A stretch of 35,094 bases of DNA from Octopus bimaculoides (GCF_001194135.2 NC_068984.1:81721765-81756858); one strand, 5' to 3'. Shown: positions 11,140 through 22,969, numbered from the stretch's first letter. Program-made: numbers and translations. The notes: generated by a model from the sequence alone, not told the origin.

Positions 11140-11820
11140 CATGACCACCAGTAATACCACCGCCAGCACTAACTCCACCATGACCAACGTGAGCACTTGA
11201 ATACTATCGGTGCCGCCATTTTCGTTAGCCCAGCAACCATCACCATCATACCAACACCAACATCAGCAGCAGCAACATCATCATTACTACCACTACTACC
11301 ATCACCACCATTACCACCATCACCACCAGCACTCCAGCACTACTACCACCATCACTATCATCATCACGACAACCCTAACAGCCATCATTACCACCATCAC
11401 TAGTGCCAACCCTACTACTGTCACCTCCATCAACACTATTACCACCAGCACCACTACCACAACTACTACCAGTACCACCGTCAACACATCTATCACTATA
11501 AAAGAAGCACCCCATCAACGCCACCTACATAGCCTCATCTACGCTATTATCACCACCTCCATACCAACATTATCACTGCCCCAACTATCACTATAACAAC
11601 AACGATGACGATGTTCGCCGCCACCACCACGACATCTATTCCACTGCTATCACTGTCATCACCACCAGCACCATGACCACTAAATTTAATTGCAGTTGTT
11701 TCCTTCTTCTTCTCCTTCTTCTTCTTTTTCTTCTTCTTCTTCTTACTCTTTCTTCTTCTCCTTCTCCTTCTGCTCCTGCTCCTCCACTTCCTCCTCATCC
11801 TCTTTCGTCTTCGTTTTCTT
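11140..11820. repeat. Degenerate trinucleotide field (CAC/CAT/TAC/CAA, then CTT/CTC)
   Basis: 3-nt periodicity throughout, giving His/Thr-rich and Lys/Arg-rich pseudo-ORFs. Confidence 0.9.
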
Positions 11821-11909
11821 TACACTAACAAAATAAACCAAGTGTCGCCAGTAGTCTGACAAAGGTCTAAATTAGGAAACAATTGATTCCATTGTGAGAA
11901 GCAGGCAAG

Positions 11910-12043
11910 ATGAGAGACAGACAGACAGAGAGAAATAGAGACAGACAGACAGAGAGAAAGAGAGACAGATAGACAGAGAGAAAGAGAGACAGACAGAGGT
12001 AGAGAGAAAGAGAAAGAGGCACAGAGAGAGAGAGAGAGAGAGA
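11910..12043. repeat. (GA)/(GACA) compound microsatellite
   Basis: Direct reading. Confidence 0.93.
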
Positions 12044-12324
12044 GTATTTGGGACTCTTTAAAACTTCTTATAATGACCACTGTTGATACGATTGTTGCTG
12101 TCACTGTTTTAATGGCTGGTCAGGGTTTTTTTAATTATTAGTTCTCTAGTTATTGTTTAATCAATATTAAAATTATTGTTATTATTAACCCCTCTCACTA
12201 AATTTCAGGCCTCGTGTCCATGATAGAAATAATGATTATTATTCAGCGCAGGGGTTCTCAACGGGAGTCTATACGACACTTGTCAAAATTTATGTTCAAT
12301 GAATTGCTTATATTTCTACACAGT

Positions 12325-12708
12325 GGAGGCGCAATGGCCCAGTGATTAGAGCAGCGGACTCGCGGTCATAGGATCGCGGTTTCGATTCCCAGATCGGGCG
12401 TTGTGAGTGTTTATTGAGCGAAAACACCTAAAGCTCCACGAGGCTCCGGCAGGGGAAGGTGGCGAACCCTGTTGTACTCTTTCACCACAACTTTTTCTCA
12501 CTCTTACTTCCTGTTTCTGTTGTGCCTGTAATTCAAAGGGTCAGCCTTGTCACACTGTGTCACGCTGAATATCCCCGAGAACTACGTTAAGGGTACACGT
12601 GTCTGTGGAGTGCTCAGCCACTTGCACGTTAATTTCACGAGCAGGCTGTTCCGTTGATCGGATCAACTGGAACACTCGACGTCGTAAGCGACGGAGTGCC
12701 AACAACAC
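12325..12708 (+). mobile_element. Full-length tRNA-derived SINE, family A, with target-site duplication
   Basis: tRNA-Arg-like head with A and B boxes and a short AAC tail. Flanked by TTTCTACACAGT (12313-12324) and TTTCTACACAAT (12709-12720), an 11/12 TSD. High identity to 1-338. Confidence 0.93.
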
Positions 12709-12755
12709 TTTCTACACAATACATGAAATAATTTTTTAAATTTCTTTTTATAGTA

Positions 12756-13150
12756 GTTGTGTGTTAAGAAGCTTGCTTCCCATCTGCATGGTTCCTGGTT
12801 CAGTCCCATTGCGTGGCACCTTGGGTAAGTGCCTTCTACTATAGCCTCGGGCCGACCAAAGCTTTGTGATTGGATTTGGTTGACGGAAACTGACAGAAGC
12901 CCGTCGTATATATATATATATATATATATATGCGTGTGTGTGTGTGTGTATGTGTGTGTTGTATGTGTATGTGTGTGTGTGTCTTTGTGACATGTGTCGT
13001 CTGTGTGTCTGTGTTTGTCCCCACCACCGCTCGACAGCCGGTACTGGTGTGTTTACGCCCCCGTAACTTAGCGGTTCGGCAAAAGAACCGACAGTGGTGC
13101 CCCAGTATCGCTGCAGTCTAATGGCTGAAACAAGTAAAAGAATAAAAGAA
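12756..13150 (+). mobile_element. SINE family B, with a deletion in the 3' module
   Basis: Head GTGTGTTAAGAAGCTTGCTT...GGTTCAGTCCCATTGCGTGGCACCTTGGGTAAGTG, central (TA)/(TG), tail GCTGCAGTCTAATGGCTGAAACAAGTAAAAGAATAAAAGAAT. The ATAAGTAC..GGGGTCGAT segment seen in other copies is missing. Confidence 0.92.
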
Positions 13151-13302
13151 TAATAATTCCAAATAATATTTAATTATAAAAATATAGTCATATGGCTTTT
13201 TAAACATTGAATGACTATGAGGGTTCACCAATGTAAAATTGGAATCAAGAGGTGGGTGTCCATAAGTAATAAATGGTTGAGTACCTCTGAATTATCTGGT
13301 CA

Positions 13303-13890
13303 AAGGCGGCAAGGTAGCAGAATCGTTAGAGCATCGGACAAAATGTTTAGCGGCATTTTACGTTCCAGCTTCAAAGCCCGCCGAGATCACATTTCTCTTT
13401 CATCCTTTTAGGATCAAGTACTGGAATCGATGTAATCAACTGCCTCCAACGCACTAAAAGAGAAATTTCAGGCCTTGTGCCTGGCTTTGAGGTCGATGTA
13501 ATCGACTATTCCCCCTATCAGGCGGAAGAAAAATTGTACTTCTAAAACATTCATGTTCTATATTATAAAGGTGACAAGCTAGCAGAATCGTTAGTAAGTC
13601 GGACAAAATGTTTAGTGACATTTATTCTGGTTTTACGTTCTGAGTTCAAATTCTTTGCCTTTCATCCTTCGGTGTCGATAAAATAAGAGCCAGTTGAGTA
13701 CTGGGGTCGATGTAAACAAATAGCATTGTGCCCCTTGAAGAAACAATTACTATAAATGTGGTAGATTGGCAGAAGCGTTGCAACGTCGAACAAATTTAGC
13801 TTGTGGGATTAGTTTTGGTACTTAACGTTCTGAATTTAAATTCCACAGAGGTCAAGTTTGCATTCCATCACTTCAAGGTCGACAAGTAAA
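13303..13890 (+). mobile_element. Three head-to-tail SINE family C copies
   Basis: Heads at 13303 (AAGGCGGCAAGGTAGCAGAATCGTTAG), 13568 (AAGGTGACAAGCTAGCAGAATCGTTAG) and ~13755 (AATGTGGTAGATTGGCAGAAGCGTTG); each continues into TTACGTTC..GTTCAAATTC..CTTTCATCCTT. Confidence 0.88.
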
Positions 13891-14011
13891 GTGTGGAAAT
13901 TTCTACTACCTTGCCTCTCTTTCTGAATCAGCTACGTGAAGTGATCAAGAGAAAGAAAAGGCATTCATCCGCCGTTCTGGAGACACAAGAAAGAAGAATT
14001 ATCATTTGCCT

Positions 14012-14392
14012 TTTTTACTTATTTCAACCAATGGAGTGCGGCCATACTGGGGCATCGCATTGACAGGTTTAATCAAACAAATCGATCCCAGTACTTTTTT
14101 AACTTTTTAAAGTTTGGTATTTATTCTATCGGCTTTTTTTTTGTAGAACCGCTAGGTTACGAGGATGTAAACAAACACTAATTGTCAAACAGTTGGAGGC
14201 TCAAACACACATACACATACACACGCACGCGCGCGTATATATACTTGGAAATCCTCTCATCGACCATGGTAACGCAGACTACAAGCGCACTCGGCCCAGG
14301 ACATTAGTGTAGAAGACACTTGCCCAAGGTACCACGTTGTAGGACTAAACTCGAAAACCACGTCTTCGCAAAAGTGAGCTTCCTAACTACAC
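14012..14392 (-). mobile_element. SINE family B
   Basis: GCGGCCATACTGGGGCATCGC tail; GTACTTATTCTATCGG-like segment; AGAAGACACTTGCCCAAGGTACCAC. Confidence 0.85.
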
Positions 14393-14829
14393 AAATCTCG
14401 TGCTGGCAGATAAACGACTATATATTTTCCAATTTTTTTCTAATTTTTTTCTTTCATTCTGAATCTTGTTTGCTTTCATATAGACTTTCTGTTCTGTTCG
14501 CAAAATACTAACCAAGAGATGTTTTCTACATTTTCTGTCAGTAGTATTTACGTTTCAGTTTTTTTTTAAAGTTTATCTTTAATTAAACCTTTGTTACTAA
14601 GTTTCACTTTTAGTTCTGACAATATTGTTTTGTTTTCTTACACACACGCACGCATATACATTCAAACACACACATACATATATAAATGTATAATTTTTTT
14701 TTCTTTTCATCTTTCCTTACATTAATCAAACTAACTTTGCTTGATTCTAATTATATTTGTAGAACCAGTGTGGTTTATTTGTAACATTTCACGATTTGTA
14801 TCATGTACACCACATCATATGCGATTACA

Positions 14830-14896
<67 letters not shown>

Positions 14897-14930
14897 ATAT
14901 ATATATAGAGAGAGAGACAAAGACAGAGAG
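14830..14930. repeat. (CA)n/(TA)n/(GA)n microsatellite
   Basis: Direct reading. Confidence 0.95.
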
Positions 14931-16200
14931 CGCGGCAATTATGCAGATAAACAAATTATATACATTGCATATATTAGTTTGGGCGTGAAATACAAAATAT
15001 GTATATATGCAAAACAGGAAAAAGCAAAAGCTGGAGACTTCCAGATTATGAATATTTAAGTATAAATATATTGATATTTATATTGATAGGTCCATCTTAC
15101 ACAGAGTACAAACTACAAAGAAAATTAAAGGGGTGGAAGAAAGGTGTTATAATCCAACAGCTGTTTCTGAGGGCTCAGTGATCCATAATAATGTTGGTAG
15201 ATTTAATTCATCACAATATGTGGCCGTATGGATGCAATTAACATTGGATAAGAAGAGATGATCTTACATTTCAGATCTTAATGCAGAAAAGTTCAAAGAT
15301 GGGCTGATTAAATGTGGAGAGCTAGCTGCATTAGAGGGGGGACAGTGGGGTTATAGGGAGTATTAAGACGGAATGGTGAGAAATGAAAAGATAGTTCAAG
15401 AAGAGTGAGGGGTTAATAACAAGGGTATTAAGGTAGGTAGTATCAGAGGTGGCGAGAGGGAAGATGAATAGGGTGCATAGTATTTGAATGGTAGTCAGTT
15501 GAGTTGGGTTTGTTAAAATTTAGGGATCATAGGTATAAAATTATTGGAAGTTGAGATAGTGAGAAAAGGAATGGTAATTGTTTGAGCGAAGTTTGAACAT
15601 TTCGTTTCAAGACTTGAAAGTGCATATTCTCAGAAAATATTCTGAATCTGCTTCACTTTCACTTCTCAGAATGTGTCAGGAGAAATATGTTTGTAGGTTA
15701 TTAACATCACGCCCTGAAGGAATGAATAAGATGACAGGAGAATATCATCAAATTTATACAAAACCTTTTGATTGAATATTCTTCTTTCTCTCTTTTTCTT
15801 TCCTTTTTTTTTCTGTCGTCTTCCTTTTTCTATTTTTTTCTGTCTTTTTCTTTTTGCCTGTTATAAAATTGTAACTTAAAAACTGATGATGTCATTCCAT
15901 CAACGTGTGAACGCTGGTTGCTCTCGTTCATACTTTACGTTTAAATCTCCGTAATTCTGAATTTTTATCACTTCTTATTTTGAACTTGACAAAGACAGAC
16001 GTACTGTTGAAATATTGTTCAACTAATAAAATATCTTACAATCGAATCGCGCTCTTCACGCCAATCCTCTTTAAAATATTATTGTTATTATTATTAGACG
16101 AACGTTTCTACCTTTTCGGACAAAACCTTTTGTAACCTTCGTCCTGTCCTTGTCCTTACATGTTTTTAATTGATATTAGCCCTTGTGGCCAATAAAACGA

Positions 16201-16202
<2 letters not shown>

Positions 16203-16288
<86 letters not shown>
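16203..16288. repeat. (ATT)n microsatellite
   Basis: Long perfect trinucleotide run. Confidence 0.97.
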
Positions 16289-16671
16289 TGTTAAATCTAA
16301 GTGCTGTTCACTGGAAAATGAAAGTATGTGTAGCATCTTTCCATCGCTTCAGATCTGAAGCCTTCTAGCATCTTGTGCTTTTTTTCTTACACATTAACAA
16401 GTCTCAAGAAGTTCATACTTTCTGTTGATATGTTTCTCTTGTTGTTGTTTGAGATAGAAGTGAGTTTTAAATACACACATGCATACATACGTACATACAT
16501 ATATTTACACACACACACACACACAATATATATATGTATGTGTGTATGTATGTATATATATATATGAAAATTATGCCTAGTTTGCTAATATTGGCATTGC
16601 ACCTATTCTCATTCCTCATATTATTAATAGGTCTAACCTAAATTCTTAACACTATCTTGTTTTCTTTCAAA

Positions 16672-16757
16672 TTCCTTTAATTCTTTGTTGAGTATTATAA
16701 TATCATGTCTTTTATTTGGATGCTAAAATCCCACAAAGCCTCTTCGATCTCATTCTG
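16672..16757 (-). pseudogene. Possible restriction-like endonuclease fragment of an R4/Dong-type non-LTR element
   Basis: Minus strand reads QNEIEEALWDFSIQ then, after a frameshift, RHDIIILNKELKE, resembling the ENE..LWDF.IQ...RPDI...K motif of RLE-bearing non-LTR elements. Short and needs an internal deletion. Confidence 0.3.
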
Positions 16758-17074
16758 CTTACACTTCACAAACTTTGAAATCTACATTTTCTTCAGATTC
16801 CTTTAAATATTTCGTGCGTTTGCAAAATTAAATTCCTCGGATCACAGAGTTTTTAAGATTCTGGAATTGTTGTTTGTGGTGCCAGAAAAATATTGGAAGA
16901 CTAAAAATTGTTTTAGAATAATTCGCACGAAAATTTCCAACAGATGCCGAGACGAGAACTCTTGGGCTATGACTCTTACAGATTCGAAACAAGCATCGTT
17001 TATAATTCTTCTTTGGTAACTAGTAAGTAGTCATCACCTTGTAAATTCGACGAGGAATTTTTCTTTATTTTGTT

Positions 17075-18200
17075 AATGTCTGTACTGCGACCTCTACTTT
17101 AAAAAAGATGCGAAGAAGACTCCAAACCAGGATCAGCTACTGCAGCTTAATGACTCCAATACAAGAGGGCAGCCGTTCATAACTTCCGGCCAAGGTGTCT
17201 GACACGGCATGCGAATGGCAGCATCAATGACAAACGATTACTTCAGCTTTGCACACTCCATGGACTGTGTGTCACCAATACTTAATACCAAAATGAAGGC
17301 CTTGTAATAAACGGTATCTGAGAGACCTTTCTGCTCCAAACACTGCACTAAGTAGACCTGGACAAAATCCCGCTAGGATAAAATCTTCATCATCATCAGT
17401 ATCGTCATCATCATCATTATCGTCATCATCATCAGCGCCTGCTATTCGGTCAGGGCGGCGACTGGCCGAAAGATAATTCATGATAAGCCATGCTCTTAAC
17501 TTTTCCATGACTGGAGAAAGATCAAGAGGCCAACTTATCGTCATTAATCTCTAAGTGCAGAGAGAAAACAAAAGACTTTAAATTTATTGTTATATTTCGG
17601 GATGGTCATTTTTTTTCTAGTCAAATATACACACGCACTTTAAAGTTGTTTGACAATTAATAAAAATGTGGATTCAGTCTCGAAGCCTAGCTTCAGTTAT
17701 TCTGTAGCTGGAAAAATTCTCAATGAAAAACGTAAAATAACTGAAAAATATAACCGAGGGGGTTTTGTCCGCTTTCACACTTTAACTAAGAGGGTTTTGT
17801 CCGAGGCGGGGTTTTCTCTGGATCCTGTCACCAACACTTAATACAGAAATGAATCTCTGTAGTACACAGTATTTGAGAGACATCTTTTTTTCTCCAAACA
17901 CTGCACCAAATAGACCTGATACAAGACGTTGCAACTTGAGGAGTGAGCTTTCAAGTCGATTCTTGTAGTGTGCCTACTGTAACATGGCTCATTCTTTTCT
18001 TTAATATATTTTTGCGAGATTAGGCATCAACCAAAGAATATATACACTATATAAAACTACCTGACATGCAATGCTTTGATGTCACCGTGATACAAAGCAC
18101 AGACAAATCAGCAGAGTTCATCAGGTTATTGATCTGCAGATCAACCAGATACACAGATGAAATGGGATTCATTTGTGTATTTCCAGCAGCGCCACTTTGC
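17075..18200 (+). mobile_element. Decayed RTE-type LINE, APE endonuclease C-terminal region, interrupted at ~17361-17825
   Basis: Translates across frameshifts to TPNQDQLLQLNDSNTR (GDFNAR-like), VHNFRPRCL, INDKRLLQLCTLHGLCVTNT*, then after the interruption HQIDLI/RRCNLRS and FDVTVIQSTDKSAEF. These match, in order, the RTE APE motifs GDFNA..NG.RLL.LC..L.ITNT..H.IDLI. Confidence 0.75.
17758..17825 (+). repeat. Short repeated GGGTTTTGTCCG motifs ending in GGATCC (possible transposon subterminal/terminal region)
   Basis: GGGTTTTGTCCG at 17760-17771 and 17792-17803, variant GGGGTTTTCTCTG at 17808-17820; RTE sequence resumes at 17826. Confidence 0.4.
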
Positions 18201-19016
18201 AACCACAGGCTACGCACCTTCTACAAAGGAGTAGGTTTTGTAGAAAATTCACACACCCACACACACAGAGACACACACACACACACTCACACATACATAC
18301 ACACACATACACACATACACACATACTCACACACACTCACGCGCGCGTATTGAGGGTGCTGGCATTTTTCCATTTTTGGAGAATCACTACTATAGACCAT
18401 CTGTTTAATTGAGTTTGATAATTAATATTGAGTTTGTTCATTAACTTTACAGTAAATACACAGAAAAAGAATCTCAATTTAATATTTTTTAATTAGTGTA
18501 ACAGATTAGCTTTCTGTATTGAAAGATTTAATACATGGAAAAGAAATAAAAGTTTCTCAAACATATTTCTACAACGTATTCATTTCACTGGGAGTAGTTT
18601 ATTGCACCATATAACGTTTACGCTAACAGTGAGCGGAGAATGACAATGAAATTGCCATTTGTTTTAAGTGTCATTTTAAACAACTAAAGTAGTCCGGTGA
18701 TTTCTTTAACATTGGGGGAAAGAAAATCACAGTAATTTTCCTTATTTATCAATGTAAAATCGTACCCAAAAGACATAACAAAAACATTAGAGATGTTTCA
18801 AACATGGATTTTAATGCTCAGGATTTAAATAAAAAAAATTTTTAAACACAAAGAAGAAAAACTACGCTGTTTCATTCGTGTTCTCGGCTTAACAATATAG
18901 AACTTTTCTTTATTTATTTTCATATTTCACGTTGATATCGAAGCTGGGTTTGCCCACTGTTATCCCAGAGGACTTTCGTAAGAACTGTCAAATTCAAGGA
19001 AGTTAACTTCACGCAA

Positions 19017-19021
19017 CCACC

Positions 19022-19066
<45 letters not shown>

Positions 19067-19095
19067 GTCATTGTTATTATTATTATTATTATTAT
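19017..19095. repeat. (CAC)n-(CAT)n-(TAT)n compound trinucleotide
   Basis: Direct reading. Confidence 0.95.
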
Positions 19096-19428
19096 TAAAC
19101 CCATAAATAGAAAAGTAAGTGTATATCAGACAAGTTAAATTCCCCTGTGATGTAACGCGTGTTGTGTAAGAAGAACATCTCCGATACTTATCCTTAAGAA
19201 TTACCATTCTAAAAGCTGAGAGAGGTGTAACGCAATATTATCTTTTCGACAGGGATTATGGCCAAGAAAGCATGAATAGGGAGCATAGAGGTAAGAGTAT
19301 GTCAATGATAAACGATANNNNNNNNNNNNNNNNNNNNNNNNNNNNNNNNNNNNNNNNNNNNNNNNNNNNNNNNNNNNNNNNNNNNNNNNNNNNNNNNNNN
19401 NNNNNNNNNNNNNNNNNNNNNNNNNNNN

Positions 19429-19468
<40 letters not shown>

Positions 19469-20401
19469 AGAGATAGATAGAGAGATATAATGCGCGCGCG
19501 CGTGTGTGCTTGTGATATGCATGTATATGTATGTGTCTCTGTATGTGTGCAACATTAATATATGTTATAATACCAGCGACAAAATTACCATAAATCAAGA
19601 AACAAAGGACCTTTTTAACAAGTTCAACAATACAAAAACGATGGAAAACACGATATAATAGATTCACAATCAGCACAAATATATGTTTCCATCATCCGCT
19701 GCTTAACAGTTATCATCATGGTTTCGACACCTTGACAGTACCATTTAATCCAGTGGAGTCAACAGCGTTAAAACATAAACACTGCATGGTAATTAATAGA
19801 CAACCCTTCGTTGTTCAAACACACACCACTGTCTTTTCTATGTTATTTCACTTAGCTTATTTACGTTTCATTTATGTAAATCATTTTGGCCATAATCTTG
19901 ATAACGTGTAAGAAAATTTAAGGAGTACACGCACCACCCGTAACCTTCAACATTTTGAAATTTCGCTGGAACGTGTATAATCGACATGAGTACCCGAAGT
20001 TACAATTTACAATCTTCATCCAAGTTCTTTGCTTATTAAGGTCTTGTTCGAACAAGTACAACTTTGCATATATACTTGTATACAAATATTTACAATCACA
20101 TAATTTCACAAATACAGAATCATAATTAAATATCTTATTTTTATCCATTATCTAACTTTTAATTTATATATCTGCCGCAAATAAACTCTAGAATAATTGT
20201 GATGCAACTAAGTTTGCAACTAAGATTGATGTGAATTCCACTGAAATGCCAATAAACGGAGTGGATATGAACACTTGAGCCTGTAATTTGTAGCCTTACA
20301 AATTATCGTCCATTTACTTTAATTGCAAGGATCAACAACCAGCAGATAAACATGTAATAACTTACCCTTCGCCCAGTTTCGGACTATTACTACAAAAAAC
20401 C

Positions 20402-21436
20402 CACGTGTTTCTCACTTTTCCCCTTTTCTTTCTTTTTTTTCCATCTATTCAGAAGATTTTCAATCACCTCATCCGCAGGTGAAATTCAAACGAATACAAG
20501 ATGTCAGGTGTCTTAACCATAAGTAACTTCTCCCTGTCATTAAATACTGTTTCGACGACCTTGTCTATACTTCCCTATGGTGTATACATATACACACTCG
20601 AACACAAACACACATCCAGCAGGATTCTGCACACATTACGCACAGACACACACACACACACACACGCACACAAATTCCATATACCAGAAAGTACGGTAAA
20701 AGACACCTGTCCAATTTTCTGCCTTTAGGAAGAAAAAGTAAAATTTTATTGATTTTTGTCAAAAAATTGTTAAATTAAACATTTTAACTGAAAAGGATTT
20801 TTTATCTTCTAAATTTCACTTACAATTGTAAAGGAAAATATGTATAACAAACGAAGTAGAATTCGACACGGATCCACCTAATAGCGAACCGAACTTCTTA
20901 ACCAATCGACCATGTCTGCACAAACGTGTTTGTGTATGCAACAAATTATTAACGAACACTCACTTCTTATTTCCTCTGTCACGTATCACGTGTCACGTTG
21001 CCACATGCATTGCAATTTAACACACACGAGACACTTAGGAGCCTTCATGCAGTCGCTAAACCTGAAGAAATTTCAGACTAATTCCGAGGCTTACACTTAC
21101 AAAAAAAAAAACACCCTACTTTTAAAAAAGAAAGAGAGAAAGAAGCGAGCATTGAACGATGCAGTCCCAGATATACAAAAATATAATTTTTTATCACTTG
21201 GTCAGAGGCGAAAATATAGAACACGTGACCCTTTAACAGGGCGTCCGAGACTGGTAGGAGGTTTTTTTTTTTTTTTCTGATCGTAAACCTAGCTTAAATG
21301 CTTGCAAGAGTGGACTCTGTTAAATGCACTAAAGGACCAGATGGTCGAACGCCTTTAATCTTACGTATGATATATCAGAACTAAATTTGGAGTAGGCAAC
21401 CACAATATATAACACCACCCAAACAACCACGTGGTT
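20402..21436. promoter_or_regulatory. Cluster of CACGTG E-boxes, candidate enhancer or promoter
   Basis: CACGTG at 20402, 20987, 21222 and 21428; tandem TCACGTA-TCACGTG-TCACGTT at 20979-20999; no recognisable SINE in the surrounding ~3 kb. Motifs are seen directly; function is inferred. Confidence 0.4.
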
Positions 21437-21989
21437 ACCATTTCATACAGTTTGTCGATCTCTTACATTTCGATTTACCTTTCAACAATGAAAATCGTTT
21501 ACGCTGTTGTCCTTTTATTGTTGTTGTTTTGTTGAGGTTTTCTTTGGCGCCAAGCTACGTTGAAAGAGATATTCAATGGTTACAGTTAGTATTTGTGTCT
21601 AATCAGTGAATTAAACTGTAGACATTTCATTTTATTTGAAATTCTATGCGCAGACTTGAAGTCTTGTATATATTATTTCTTTTTTAAAAAAATAATTGGG
21701 AATTTAGATTATTATCTAATGTAACTTGCCTTATGTCATGATTTTTCTCTCTTTTTCAACGACGCGTCGTAAAAATTGTAAAAATGCATTATTTATTTTG
21801 TTGTATAATGAAATCTTCATTGTATATAATAGAACTAAAATATAAATATATTTGAAGTCGAAAAGCCAGAGACCTACAACTGTTCATGTTTGTTTAGCTT
21901 ATTTTAATCTTATTAGCAAATTGAAAGAAAGACAAAGTGGGGGACAGAAAGTGAAAGAGTGAGAGATTGACAAAGAAGGATTGAGAAAC

Positions 21990-22100
21990 AGAGTTACAGA
22001 GAGAGAGAGAGAGAGACAGACAGAGAGAGAGAGACAGACAGAGAGAGAGAGAGAGAGACAGATAGAGAGAGACACAGAGAGAGAGAGAGTGGATAGAGAA
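21990..22100. repeat. (GA)/(GACA) compound microsatellite
   Basis: Direct reading. Confidence 0.93.
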
Positions 22101-22640
22101 GAGAGTGAAAATAACTAAAATAGTCGGAGACAAAATAATCCTGAGAAACATACATACACACATAAGTGTGTGTGTGCGTGAAAGAGAGAGCTTCTCTGGT
22201 GTAGGTAAAAGAGGGTTAAACAAGCAAACAATTAAACAACTGAAAATAAGCACATTAAATTATCTTTGCATGTGTTTTGTTTTATTTTGTTTTTCCCACG
22301 TATATTGTGTTCACTGGAAATGAATGTTTATCAAATCCATGTTTGTTGCAATTTAAACAAATGAATAAAAGAAAAGGAGAGAAAACAATACGAATGAAAC
22401 AAGGAAACAGAAAAAAAAGGTTTGTTGATTTCAACTAAAGTTGAGGAGAACGAGAGAGGAGGGAGGGAGAGCGAAAGAAGCAACGAACACATTTTCAATT
22501 CTCTAGGAATTAAATGCTCATAAATACCCTGTAAGAAAAGATTATGTAAATATAGAAAGAATAATTAAAATGGTATTATATAATTGTATGATGTATATGT
22601 GCGTGTGTATGTGTTAAGATACTTAATGTAATATTTGGAT

Positions 22641-22855
22641 GTTGAGTTCGAGATTGTTAGGCCGCAGGTTTGATCCTTGGATCGGGCGGTGCGTTGCGGT
22701 GTCATTCAGCAAGATACTTGATATCACTTTGCTTCAGTCCACTCAGCTGAGAATAAGTACCACCAACAGATTGTGGAAGGGGTTTAGTCTTGTGACAGCC
22801 CGACGACCAGTTCATAGGGACTGTCTTTTACGCTATGGAGACTGGGACAATCTCT
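22641..22855 (+). mobile_element. Degenerate tRNA-derived SINE, family D (V/CORE-like central domain)
   Basis: B-box GGTTTGATCC at ~22667, then GTGTCATTCAGCAAGATACTTGATATCACTTTGCTTCAGTCCACTCAGCTGAGAATAAGTACC, resembling the GTGTCCTTGAGCAAGACACTT...CAGCTG..AATGAGTACC central domain of metazoan SINEs. Confidence 0.65.
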
Positions 22856-22910
22856 AACTTAAAAGGTTTGTAAACTGAAGACAGACTTTAACTTAAGCTT
22901 TAGTGTGTGA

Positions 22911-22963
<53 letters not shown>

Positions 22964-22969
22964 AATATA

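Noticed and set aside
11197-11798. His/Thr-rich and Lys/Arg-rich ORFs
   Set aside because: Several frames on both strands are open because the triplet field lacks stops; no splice or domain evidence.
12325-12400. tRNA-Arg-like sequence (also at 270-338)
   Set aside because: It is a SINE head: no acceptor stem closure, and it continues into the SINE body with a TSD.
15290-15780. Strand-biased stretch resembling retroelement coding DNA
   Set aside because: I could not recover any convincing RT or endonuclease motif in any frame.
19872-19879. TTATGTAA D-box-like motif near the E-box cluster
   Set aside because: An AT-rich 8-mer expected by chance in this composition.
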